Assembly: GCF_006345805.1 (NCBI RefSeq) | Contig: NC_042999.1 | Span: forward strand, 39,928,001 to 39,992,000 | Reading direction: 5' to 3' | From: Octopus sinensis | Lineage: Eukaryota | DNA length: 64,000 nt | Shown: positions 38,946 to 51,282 of the stretch, in pieces | How the letters are laid out: each line of letters begins with the position of its first letter | Numbering within the stretch: the first letter of the stretch is position 1 | Program-made: the position numbers and the translations under genes | The notes under the pieces: generated by a model | The model's input: only the letters and a program-made list of their open reading frames with translations | Told to the model about the DNA's origin: nothing | Databases searched by the model: none

Positions 38946-39616
38946 ATATAGCTGCATTTGTTACGGCTGATACTGCCGCATCTGTTAAGGCAGCTAGGAA
39001 GCATAAATCGATGTCATAGGCGAATAAGATGACTAATATTTCACTTATCGTCAGAAATGATGGAATTTTTCCTAGATAAAACAGCCAAACTAAACGCAGG
39101 CTTAACAATTCATTCGGCAAATGTCTTAAGAATATGCTAAAGCCAAATATAAAAGGTTAGATATGATCCACTGTTATCCTTTGCTTCCTTCCTTCACTTT
39201 TATTATACTACGCTATCTACTCCATCTTATTTTGCTTTCACACTCTAACAGAAATAGTTTTATATATTTACTAGGGATTCAGGTACGTAAAGCAAAATAA
39301 TTCAAATAAGATATTCATATAACAGAAAAGCGTGGATATAAATATCGAAACGTATGTTTAGATTCAATGATATATAGAAAGATTGAAATAAAGGCTTAAA
39401 AGTGTCTATACAAGGGATTGCAAATATCTTCCACACGCATTTTACGCATATATCATGCATACAAAAATACATAGGCACACAGTTAAGTGTGTGTGAGTGC
39501 ACACACACCCACACACACAAACAGACACGCGCACACACACAAACACAAACACATACATATATATAAGCATATGCACAGCCAAACACAAAAACGCACAAAT
39601 ATGTACATATAATAGG

Positions 39617-39780
39617 CCCAGGAGTGGCTCTGTGGTGAGAAGCGTACTTCGTAACTACGTGGTTCCTGGCTGAGACTCTACGTGGAAACCTTTCGCAAAT
39701 TTCTCCTACCATAGCCTCGAGCCGACCAAAGCCTTGTGAGTGAATTAGGTAGGGGAAACTGAAAGAAGCCCGTTGTATAT
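39617..39780 (+). mobile_element. 5' half of an older SINE family A copy
   Basis: GGAGTGGCTCTGTGGTGAGAAG...ATAGCCTCGAGCCGACCAAAGCCTTGTGAGTG...GAAACTGAAAGAAGCCCG. Confidence 0.8.
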
Positions 39781-39893
39781 ATATATATATATAAACACAT
39801 ATATATATGTATATATATATATAGACATATATGTATATATATATGTATGTATGTGTGTGTGTGTGTATGTATACATATATATAATATATATAT

Positions 39894-40254
39894 ATTACTC
39901 TTAATTGTTTCAGTCATTTGACTGCGGCTTTGCTGGAGCACCGCATTTATTCGAGCAAATCGACCCCAGGACTTATTGTTCGTAAGCCAAGTACTTATTC
40001 TATCGGTCTATTTTGCAGAACCGGTAAGTTACGGGGTAGTAAACACACCAGCATCGGTTGTCAAGCGATGTTGGGGGGAGACAAACACAGACACACACAT
40101 ACACGCGCGCGCGCATATATATATTCATATACATATATACGACGGGCTTCTTTGGTGGGCCCAAGGCTATTGTAGAAAACACTTGCCGAAGGTACCACGC
40201 AGTGGGACTAAACCCGGGACCATGTCGTTCGTAAGCAACTATTTACCACACAGA
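39894..40254 (-). mobile_element. SINE family A
   Basis: Colinear with 29248-29640 apart from a short internal deletion. Confidence 0.88.
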
Positions 40255-40506
40255 CATACAACTTTATATCAATAACATTTCCTTCATAAATAAAAAAAAA
40301 TCACTTTTCAAATAGGACGCTATTAAGCTATACATAAATAAAAAGAAATACTCATCCTTTAAATTTCTTTATAGATACAATTCATGGAAGATGTTCAAAA
40401 TAAGTTTTATAAAATGTTTAACCCACCACCAAGCGGCATTATCCCCCACCAAAAAATAACTTATAATTTGTATCAATTATTTAGTCTACAATTATTATTA
40501 TTATTA

Positions 40507-40574
<68 letters not shown>

Positions 40575-41900
40575 CCATGTGCGCTTAACAGATTAGACTA
40601 TTGGAAAAGAAAAGAATCCTAACATCGTGCTACAACAAGTCGCCTTAGATGCCAAGAACCCTCCTATTGGGTTACAGCAAGTAACCTTAGGTACAAAAAA
40701 CCCTCCTAAGTATCCTAGCTGTCCCTAATAACACTGTTTTCTGCAGCTGTACTAAACTGGGTTTATGCCTATTTCTTCTACCGTTCTGTTCAGACAATTA
40801 GGGATAGTTTCCAAAGCACCTATAACCACCGGAATACATTTTACCCACACTTTCTCTATTTCAAAAGCTAGATCCTGTAGTTTCCTATTTTTTGTATAAT
40901 TACATTAATTTTTTCATCATTTGGGACTGTAATATTTTTTCTGGCACTTTCTATTATCTTTCATATACTACGGATAAATCAGGCCTTCCAACTTCTATTA
41001 CTCAGTCATTCTCAGTTTTAAAGTCCCACAACATCTTGCACTTATTACTTCTAGTAGTTTACTAGGTTCCTGTTCATACCATTTATCAGTATGTTCAAAT
41101 CGTGGCTTACTACATAGTTCCTAGTGGATTAATCTCCCTAGATTGTCATGTCTTTTCTTGTATACTTTCTGTCCTAGCATGCTGCATTCACTTACTATAT
41201 GAGTAACGCTTTTTTTATTTGCATAATCTACTTTGGGAATCTATTTGGTTTTGTCTATCTTGGTTTTTATCCGATTAGTCCTTTATGCTTGATCCCGTGC
41301 AGCTACTAACAAACTTTGTGTCTTACTCTTCAGCTTTCCATTCTGCAGCAATAACCATGTCTCACTACTACAATTTACAGAAATCATCTTTAGGATTCTA
41401 TCATGCAACGCATACCCCTGGCAGTCAGATAATTTCTGTTCATTTTCTCTGTTTGCTTTTTTTTAATTCGTTTGGTGTTATAATGAACATTCTTCCCTTT
41501 TACCTACATAGGAGTCTATATTTAATGTAGCTAGCTCCAAACTGTTGTCTACTGATATTAACCCACTTCCACTTGCCTTTGTAAGTATAATCTTGCTACT
41601 CCTGGCTTTAGTAAGTATAATCTTGCTTCTCCTGGCTTTAGGTGGAGTCTGCCATTCATATTGAATTCCTTCCAAGCTCTTCTGTCTAGCTTTGCTAATT
41701 CAATTTTGGCCCAATCCCAAAAGGCAAAAGAATGTTGCGTACCTACGTAACGATACTGCTTAAGTCTCTACAGCTTTCAATAGATTCGGATCATTTATCT
41801 TTGACTTCATTAGCTTCCTCACCTTTTTGATGTACTCCTAAATTTTCGTTTTCATTTCTGTAGTTAGTACTCAGTTAGATTCTGATACTCTTTGACACTT
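40575..41900 (-). mobile_element. 3' fragment of an R4/Dong-clade (RLE) non-LTR retrotransposon abutting (TAA)n
   Basis: Minus translation AARDQA, VTHIVSECSMLGQKVYKKRHDNL (Zn knuckle/RHD region), KWYE, KLQDLAFEIEKVWVKCIPVVIGALETIP (RLE domain); 3' end runs into (TAA)n at 40490-40573. Confidence 0.85.
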
Positions 41901-42014
41901 ACAACTCCTTCCTCCTTTCAATGATTTTAATGTCTGGTCATCTAGTAATTGGATGCCTTCTCGTGGCTAATATTGCACACTTACATCCAAGGGTGAATTT
42001 TCGAAACCCCAAAG

Positions 42015-42247
42015 AAATCTTCTCAACATATGACGAGGATGGTTACCCCTCTACTTCTGCTCGTGATCAGAGATGCACCTTTCGTCAGCCACTAAGGGAC
42101 GTGCTCAACTTGTTATTGTCAAGCAGCTAGAATATTTGCTGTAGCCCATCTTTTATAACAAGACAACCTGTTTACATGATAACACTTCCAATCAGTTACG
42201 ATGAGAAGCCATGAAAGCTACTGCCTGGTAGTGCATTAGAGCATTTA
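42015..42247. mobile_element. SINE-like repeat family E, copy 1
   Basis: CTACTTCTGCTCGTGATCAGAGATGCAC..TCGTCAGCCACTAAGGG shared with 62013-62172. Confidence 0.8.
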
Positions 42248-42254
42248 TATTATC

Positions 42255-42297
42255 ACCATCATCATCATCATCATCATCATCATCATTATCATCATCA

Positions 42298-42344
<47 letters not shown>

Positions 42345-42440
42345 TTATTATTATTATTATTATTATTATTATCATCATTATTATCATTATTATTATTATT
42401 ATTATCATTATAATTATTATTATAATTATTATTATAATTA

Positions 42441-42471
<31 letters not shown>

Positions 42472-42560
42472 TATTATTATCATTCTCATTATTATTATTA
42501 TTATCATTATCATCATCATCATTATTATCATCATCATTATTATTATTATTTTATTATTAT
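42255..42560. repeat. (CAT)n/(ATT)n trinucleotide array
   Basis: Direct reading. Confidence 0.95.
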
Positions 42561-44255
42561 TGTTCCAACTCATACTATATAATATCTAAAAGTATTCCTA
42601 CGTTTATATAATACACACATACACACATGCTCACACACATACATATGTAAATACACTACTATAACCAAATAATATTCTGTTTAACATTCAATCTACTACG
42701 TTTTAGAGAATCAGCATTTTAAGCTGACTGACGCAACCGATAACATAGCTTATTGCAACGTCTTTTCATACAAACATTTAAAATGGAACATTCTGTTTAT
42801 TATATGCCTGAAGAAAGAGATTTGTTTACGTAATCGTTTGACAACAGCATTGTTCTTTCTGTCTTAATATATTATTTTCAGACACACTTCTACTATACAG
42901 AAAACACTTCTATTCTCCGTATAATATTTTTTCGGTTATTATTTACGTTAGTTCAATCTATTCTAACTAGCCAAGTCATGAGTAAATAAACGATAATCGA
43001 AATATATAAAACAAGCTGTTAAACTTTACGCTTCTAATTATCATATGTCTATATAAAGTTAAAGTCTTATAAATATGTAATTATGTAATGAGAATCAATC
43101 TTAGTAATATGGCAGGCTGTTGCAATTATTGTGACACTATTTAAACAATTAAATTTCAGACTTACTAATTTAAAAAATTAATGCCTGTAATGTATTATGA
43201 ATCGATAACAAAACAGAATAATGAAAAGACAGACTGTAATTATTACTATATAAAACTGTATCCTTCAAACAACAAAGGAATAAGCAGGTTAAATGCTGAT
43301 ATCAACGTACAAGGTAGCTTGACAATCCATCCCCCTCGCATTTCATTTTCTGTTAAATATTAGCAATCTGCAAAATGCTATTTATGACTTGGAGTTTGTG
43401 AAAGAACTTGCAACACATCAGCTGCGCATATGCTAAAGATCTTACTTTGATTCGTATAGTCATTTTGGCCCGGGCAAATTCAGTCTGTTTGAAATCATAA
43501 AGGGATCCACAGCCATATATATGTTTAGAAAATGAAGTAAAATTTCTTCTAGCTGGGGTTTGATTGGAATTTATATCTGTGAGATATGAGACTCGAGTTC
43601 TTGGTTGTTAAACCAATACATAATTTTCCATCAAAGACCCCTCTCATTTACAGCCATTGAAATGGTCTTTAGTTAAGCAGTTCGAGTGCAGAGAACACCC
43701 AGAGTTCATGCAATTAAAATACAATCGCTCAGCTAAAACGGTAAAAAAACATATCCTAGATACTATCAGGTGTATCTCTTTAGATTATTTTTTATGTGTG
43801 TCACGTATGCTGTGTGATGAAAGCTTTGCTGACCTAATTTTCTTTTCCTTAGTTATAAATGATACAAAATTTTGTGGCGGATTACACTGAGAGTGACAGG
43901 CAAAACAGTTTTTATATCATGCCTTTTCAGTTAAAAATAGGCAACATCCGTCGATCATAATCTCTATTTACTGTTAGATGAAAGGCAGAACAGAACCAGA
44001 AGCTGCTAATGTTTGCACACAACTACAAAGAGGCACACATCCACAGGCAAGTGTATGGCACTTGAAAGCATAAACATTCACTTGCGAGATACAGCTATGT
44101 GTGTATTCGACTAAAAGTTCAATTTTGTAATTTGAAGCAAATGACTTGCTCTTACAACTTGGCAATATGCAGTTCTACTGAAAGGTAAAAACAATTTTGG
44201 AAATGTTAATACGCACAAAACACACACACACGCACACACACACACACACACACAT

Positions 44256-44323
<68 letters not shown>

Positions 44324-44465
44324 CGGTTTAAGTAATTGAGATTCAAGTGAGTTCTAATGAATTCACATGAATATGGTCATTAACTAGGATGCACCGGAAA
44401 TCTATATGGTGTTAACCATACGACAAAGTGGGGGGATTACAAATAGGAAAAAAGCAACAAGAATA

Positions 44466-44566
44466 GATCAATATATCGGTACAATTGTTTCGTACGAGGA
44501 CATATTTAATAAATGTAGCTTATTAAAGATGTTCTCGTACGAAACAATTGTACCGATTTATTGATC
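44466..44566. other. Near-perfect 47-bp inverted repeat with 7-nt loop
   Basis: Arms 44466-44512 and 44520-44566; one U-U, one G-U and one A-G pair on the + strand. Confidence 0.95.
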
Positions 44567-44680
44567 CAAAGCTGGAACAAAACCAGGATGTGACCCTACA
44601 ACAACTGTCAGAAGATGTGTGAAAAGAGTCAAATTAAGACACAACACAAAGTACATTGAACGCAAAGATTTATCCACGTA

Positions 44681-45027
44681 GGCGCAGGAGTGGCTGTGTG
44701 GTAAAGAGCTTGCTTACCAACCACATGGTCCCGCGTTCAGTTCCACTGTGTAGCACCTTGTGCAAGTGCATTCTACTATAGCCTCGAGCCAACCAAAGGT
44801 TTGTGAGTGGAATTATTAGACAGAAACTGGAAGACCGTCCTATATGTATATATAGGTATATGTATGCGTTTGTATATAGTTGTGTATCTTTGTTTATGTC
44901 CCCATAAATTAGTTGTTCGGTAAAAGAGACCGATGCAATAAGTACTAGGCTTACAAAGAATAAGCTATATGGTCGATTTACTTGACTAAAGGCGGTGCTC
45001 CAGCATCGCCGCAGTCAAGTGAAGAAA
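44681..45027 (+). mobile_element. SINE family A
   Basis: GGCGCAGGAGTGGCTGTGTGGTAA head; 3' GGCGGTGCTCCAGCATCGCCGCAGTCAA. Confidence 0.88.
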
Positions 45028-45569
45028 GTGCCAAATAGTCAGAACAAGGATAAAGTATTTTTCTTTGTTCAGACTATAAAAATATCAGGAAATAATCCCA
45101 TGTTTTTCATGTTGAGGTATACACCTGACGAAACGTTGTCCATTAAAAAAGCGGAATGCTTTTGTTTTAGTAATATAGGACATATAAAGAATCACTGTAG
45201 AACGGAGATGATAGAAAGTCTGAACAAAGGAAAAAGAATAAATAGTATATAATCGAAAGCAATTGGTAATATAACGATGTGGAAATTAGTGAAGGTGAAA
45301 ATCAGAAATACATGTGTTAAAATGAAATAAGACAGGTTTTGATATCACCATTATAAACGAGAAAACTGACGAAATTAATTAAATAGAAACAGGTAGCACA
45401 TGGTGTTACAGGATAATGATTATATTTTTTCATTGAATTCGTTTGTAGTGCCACATTTCGAGATCAAACGAAATCGGAATATATTTTGCGAAACTAACAT
45501 GTTATTTAAGTCCAGATATTCGTCTTACAAGTTTTTTAACACATGACACAAGTCGTAAGAGGTGGTTGG

Positions 45570-45990
45570 TGTCCAGGTACATGAACTTACAGGCGTCACA
45601 TATAAATGTGGGACAGATTTCATCAAAGTGCCTCAGACGTATCTTAGGAGGCAGGTGGAAATGTTCCATACCAGATACAGAGAATTTGCGCATGGTACGT
45701 TACAGCTCAATTGAACGATATGGTATATTGGCTAAATGAACGGGATTCGACATGTTATTTGAGTGAGAGGCGAACGCTTGCCAAAGCAATTTTTTATGGC
45801 GAGTTCAAAACAGGTATGCGACCACAACATAAGCCGAGGAAAAGGTATAACGACTGTGTGAAGGAAAACCCGAAGAATATAGATGTGAACAAATGTGATT
45901 GGGAAAATGATGCTCTAGGTCGGAACAAGTGCAGAGGTGCTGTTAGAACTGGTTGTAATGCGTGGGAGGAAAACATGATTCAGCACTCTG
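45570..45990 (+). mobile_element. RTE-clade LINE 3' fragment
   Basis: RFHQKCLRRILG; AKAIFYGEFKTGMRPQHKPRKRYNDCVKEN...WENDALGR, typical of the RTE/BovB-like ORF C-terminus. Confidence 0.85.
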
Positions 45991-46049
45991 AAATAAAAAT
46001 AGTCTGTCTTCTGACCGGTGTCTTTGCGCGAAGTGGCATCGCCACGTAG

Positions 46050-46690
46050 TGCGTCTTTGTTTTGCAGTGATTCTAACAATTGCTCGACTTTCGCGATAGT
46101 TTAAACGAAGGAACAGTGTGCTTCCGTGAAATTCTCTTTTCTGCTGGGTTAAAAACGGTAGCTGAAACAGTTGTCATCAGCGAAACACAAGTCTACGAGT
46201 GGTTTGCAGGCCTTAGAAATGGTTACGTGTCACTTGAAGACCAACCTGATTCAGGACGACCGTCAAACTCCCGAACGAATATGATCACCATGAAAATTGA
46301 TGAGCTGATATTGGTGTAGGCGTCACCGAAACATAGACGAACTTTTTGATAAGCATTTTGTGCCCTGGAGCGCCTGCCAACGAATTTAGGGTGACGAATT
46401 TGTACCAGGCTTGCTCACAGAAGATCAAAAGCAGCCATGAGTGAAATCATGTCGTAAACTAAAAAAAAAACAAACAAAAAAAAACTGTTGAAGTTGATCA
46501 CGTGTTTTCGGAGGCCAACACAGAAGACGAAAGATGGTGTAACGGAATATGCAGATGTGGAACAGGTGAAGAAAACAACGACGGAGGCGTTAAAAGCATA
46601 ACTTTGCAAGTGTTCCATCACTGCTTGGGATATTGTAAAAATGTAAACCTAAGTGAAGAAAATAACAAACTTCCTGTTTCTTTCGGGTAC
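46050..46690 (+). mobile_element. Internally deleted mariner, same family as 20402-21302
   Basis: ETQVYEWFAGLRNGYVSLEDQPDSGRPS; ADVEQVKKTTTEALK; terminal TTTCGGGTAC TIR-like remnant. Confidence 0.8.
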
Positions 46691-46705
46691 GGCCACGTTT
46701 ATATT

Positions 46706-46738
<33 letters not shown>

Positions 46739-46841
46739 TATATTATATATATATATGTATATATATATATACATCTTTAAAGATACATGTGAATGGATAT
46801 ATATATATATATATACTTGTATGTATATATATTTCTCTGTG

Positions 46842-46874
<33 letters not shown>

Positions 46875-46958
46875 GTATACACACATACATATATATATGT
46901 ATATATATATATATACTATATATACATATATTTATATATACATGTATTTGCATATGTA

Positions 46959-46998
<40 letters not shown>

Positions 46999-47520
46999 AG
47001 AGAGAGAGAGACAGACACACAGAGAGATACATAAATAGAGATTATAAATATACATGAATATATATATTTGTATATTTATACGTCTATATATATAATATAT
47101 GTGTGTGTGGTGAGTGCCGGTGTGTAAAATATGTATGAATGAATACAAATATATACATACATATATCTGTTTACAGAAACACACATTCACATACACTCGC
47201 AAGCACATGCGCGCGTGTATTTGGTGTCGGTACGGAAGCAATTCTGATATTACCTCCCTGTCCATCACGCCTTTACTCCAAGTCAAAAGACTAAGATGTT
47301 TAATCTCGGAAATCTTGTGGCGTTGAATTTAGCTACTCCCAGTAGGCTTTCTAGCTTTTAAACAGCACTTTCCTGTAAGCAAATAGTAAGTCTTAAACAA
47401 ATATCAATTAGCTTCTATCAACAGACTTACACTTTATCACAGCACAAGCAGCAGATAAATACATACAGCCTTAGTCACATACAAATACATATACCTATAT
47501 TCACACACCCATACCCTATA

Positions 47521-47557
<37 letters not shown>

Positions 47558-48079
47558 TTAAATATATATATGTATATATATGTATGTATATATATATGTA
47601 TTCATTATATACATACATATATATATAATCATATGTACATATATGTATTTATGTATATACATACATATACATATATATATTTAAATGTGTATATATAAAT
47701 ATATATATATCAAGATATAGTTATTAACTATTATGGGGTTAAATTTACTTATTTGCATACATTGACACATAATAGGGGATATACATAATACATATATGTG
47801 TGTGTATATAGTGTATGTGTGATTACACGTAGGTCTGTATGCATATATACTTCAACATTTACCAATGCATGTGTTGGGTTTGTATACAACAACAAGAAGT
47901 CTTATATGTTTCACTAGCTGTCAGTTTCTCTAGAAACAGAGAGACAGACAAGTGTCCATATATGCATACATTAGACGCACGTACACATCACTCAGGCACA
48001 CACGTTCGCATATGTATATTCATAGTCGTATATATATGTACGTACACACACATCCAAACATATAGATACATACATATAT

Positions 48080-48138
<59 letters not shown>

Positions 48139-48225
48139 TATATATATATACATATATTTATACATATATATATGTGTGTGTGTATGTGCATATGTATGTA
48201 TATTATAAAAATATATATATTATAT

Positions 48226-48263
<38 letters not shown>

Positions 48264-48716
48264 TTAAATATGTGTGTGTATATATATATATATTTATATA
48301 TATACATACATATACACATACACTCACATACACATACATACATATACATACATATACATGCATATAAATACACATACATACATATACATACACATACATA
48401 CATATAAATTTGTATTTACACATTTGCATTCATAATATACCCGGGTGTATTTATCCATGTTAGGATACTGCTGCATGGGTCGATGCTTATTGTCCACTTC
48501 TAATCTGTAGAGAAAATTTTATTTAAATCGGATTACTCGGATTACTAATTTGAATGTGGAATTGTGTGACAGGGAGCAGGGTTTGTCTTATTACTCACAA
48601 GTATTTTATCATATAGTTCATTTACTTTCCCTCATACACTGTGATTCTCTTCCTCTACGTATACAGGCATATATATTTTATTTATATATGTGTGTGTGTT
48701 TGTATGTATAAATATG

Positions 48717-48757
<41 letters not shown>

Positions 48758-49915
48758 GCATACAGGCATATATATGTGTGTAGATATATATAAATGTATG
48801 TATGTGCGTGTGAGTGTATCTCTACATACATACATACACATATGTAAGTAGATAAATAGAGAGAGAGAGAGATAGACTGATAGATAGATACATACATACA
48901 TAAGTTCAGTAGGATTTCGCAAGAACGTTGGTATTAGAACGTTGGTATAGAAAATTAATACTTCCTCTTGTGGAAACATAAACCTGTTTGTTTTATTTTA
49001 TTTGGCCAACCCATTTATTGACCGGTGAATTATGTGATTATGTTTGCTCTTCTTCCTCGTCGTCGTCCTGTTTCGCTCTCTGGTCGCCATCATGGTCGTA
49101 ATTTATGGCATCTGAAACGTAGTCACGTTTGTAAAAGCATTTTGCATTCGAGTATTAGATCCAACTGTTACCGATATTTGCTGATTGGTCCCAATGTTGG
49201 ATTAACTGTTGAACGCCAATTTAAAGTCCACATACGTTAATTATGATCCAGTGTGTGTTAATATATACGCATATACGTTTGTAACTCTTAGTGTTGCTTT
49301 GGTGTGCATTTATGTGTACAGTGCATGAATGTTCATGTGTATGGGTTTGATTTCAAACGTAATTTTAGTTGCCACAATTCTGTGATTTTGATGAAAGGCC
49401 AAGTGTTGGCTTTATAGTAGTAAAATAATCCCGATACTACCAACTAAATGGAACAAGCGTTAATTAAACATCGCCAAATATATAGTTGTGCAATGCGTTT
49501 AATAATGCATCTTTCCTCAGCACTCTGTCATTGGAGTGGGAAAGCATCCAGCAAGTAGAAACTTATTTTAATATCATCAAGTCTAGGAACGATATCTGGC
49601 GATGTGCATTTCAATTGTTGTTCGCTACTGACAATATTTCTCGTAGAAATATATAAAGATGCTGTTACACCCTAACATTTTGTCAGACGACCCACCGCGG
49701 CTGATACCTCCTTTTCTCTTCTTTTCATAAAAATTGTAGCCAAATTCGAAATCTGTGTGATAGGAATTCCGAAAGTAAAGTGCAAGGATAAATTTTAAAA
49801 ACAAGCATTTTGAGTGAAATTCTAAATAGTTTCCAGTTTATACTATTCCAAGATATTTCGCTTTTGATTTGGTTTGCAAGATTCTTTATATGAGTTTGTG
49901 TGTTGAAGCATATTC

Positions 49916-50162
49916 TGTTGTGCCTGGGGAGAGTCATTTTTTGTGCTTTATAATTTAACACACTCACCGGCAAAATTTCCACTTATTTCTTATTTTTATT
50001 TTCCTAAAGTTTTGGATGCGTCTTGCAACCTTTTCAATAGACTATTGAAAAAGTTGCTATTGAACATTTTAGGAAAATAAAAATTAAAATTAACCGGAAG
50101 TTTTACCGGTAAGTGTGTTAAATTATAAGGCACAAAAGAAAATATCTCCCCCAGACACCACA
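49916..50162. repeat. 247-bp imperfect palindrome (1-nt centre) with decayed hammerhead-like cores
   Basis: Arm 49916-50040 vs 50042-50162, centred on TCAATAG-A-CTATTGA; shared blocks such as TTATAATTTAACACACT and ATTTTTATTTTCCTAAA. Confidence 0.9.
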
Positions 50163-51084
50163 TACTACTCCAAGAATTATTCTACTTTAAACAGTCTCAC
50201 AATTTCAGTATAAATTATTGATAACATTTTCATTGATACAATGGGACTATACTGCAACCACAGGGTCGCTTGTGAGTTTTGAATGCTGAACTTTATGGTA
50301 GGTAATTAGAAGTTTGTTCATCGCTCTACCGATTTATGACTCCGTTCGTTGCTATACATTTCATTAAAAGAATAAAATCATCTCCATTGGGCACAACGAG
50401 GAAACATTACATGTGATCATTAAAACAGATGTTACAAAATCGGATGTCAATAGGGAAGATAGTATGATATAAACCCAAGGCTTTATACAATAAAAGAATT
50501 TTTTAAGAATATAATACAAAAATACATATTACAAATGTGATCCAATCGCACACGATGAGAGTTCTTAAGCTGCGACGAATCAGATGACACATATATCTGT
50601 ATGTACAGAATATTACTTTCTGTTGTCAGCTGTTTGATTGTAGGGATAGGAAATGGACATTATTTGTTGTTGTTTTTTTTTAAGCTGAATGAAAATTTCA
50701 GATAGATTATTCATATTGTCCTTAATAGCTGTTTTTCCCTCGAGACTTTTTTTCTGTACTCTGCCCATATTTCTTCAAAAACTCTACCATCTTGATACAT
50801 TCATCCATATCATTTCTGAAGTCCATCACAGACGAAATCATCCCAATGAAATTGCATAATGTATAGAATACAAGATGAATAAAGGACGGTAAAATGTTAA
50901 AAACAAATGTCTCGGCATTGTGGATACTGGTTCAACATAACAAAGCAAAAGTTAAAAAAAAAAATCTGTAGCAAAATATCTGCAAAAAAAGCTCCAAGAA
51001 CGGGAGTAAGGATTAACAATATGGAGGTTAACACCGTTTAAGAAAAAACAAAAGAAAATAGTGGTAGCTACCACATCCATAAAA

Positions 51085-51205
51085 GTGATGATGATGATGA
51101 TGACGATGATGATGATGATGATGATGACGACGATGATATGATGTTGATAGTGATGTTTATAATGATGATGCCGCAGTAGTAGTAATAGTAGTAGTAGTAG
51201 TAGTA

Positions 51206-51237
<32 letters not shown>

Positions 51238-51238
51238 A

Positions 51239-51282
<44 letters not shown>

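Noticed and set aside
41581-41640. Two 30-bp tandem units; also an 18-bp direct repeat at 12011-12028/12037-12054
   Set aside because: Ordinary local slippage duplications; no unique spacers or array, so not CRISPR-like.
42145-42240. Faint resemblance of repeat family E to U2 snRNA blocks (CTTTT..AAGA, ATCAGTT, CCTGGTA.TGCA)
   Set aside because: Matches are very short; the branch-point recognition sequence GUAGUA and the Sm site are absent. An Rfam/Infernal search would be needed to revive it.
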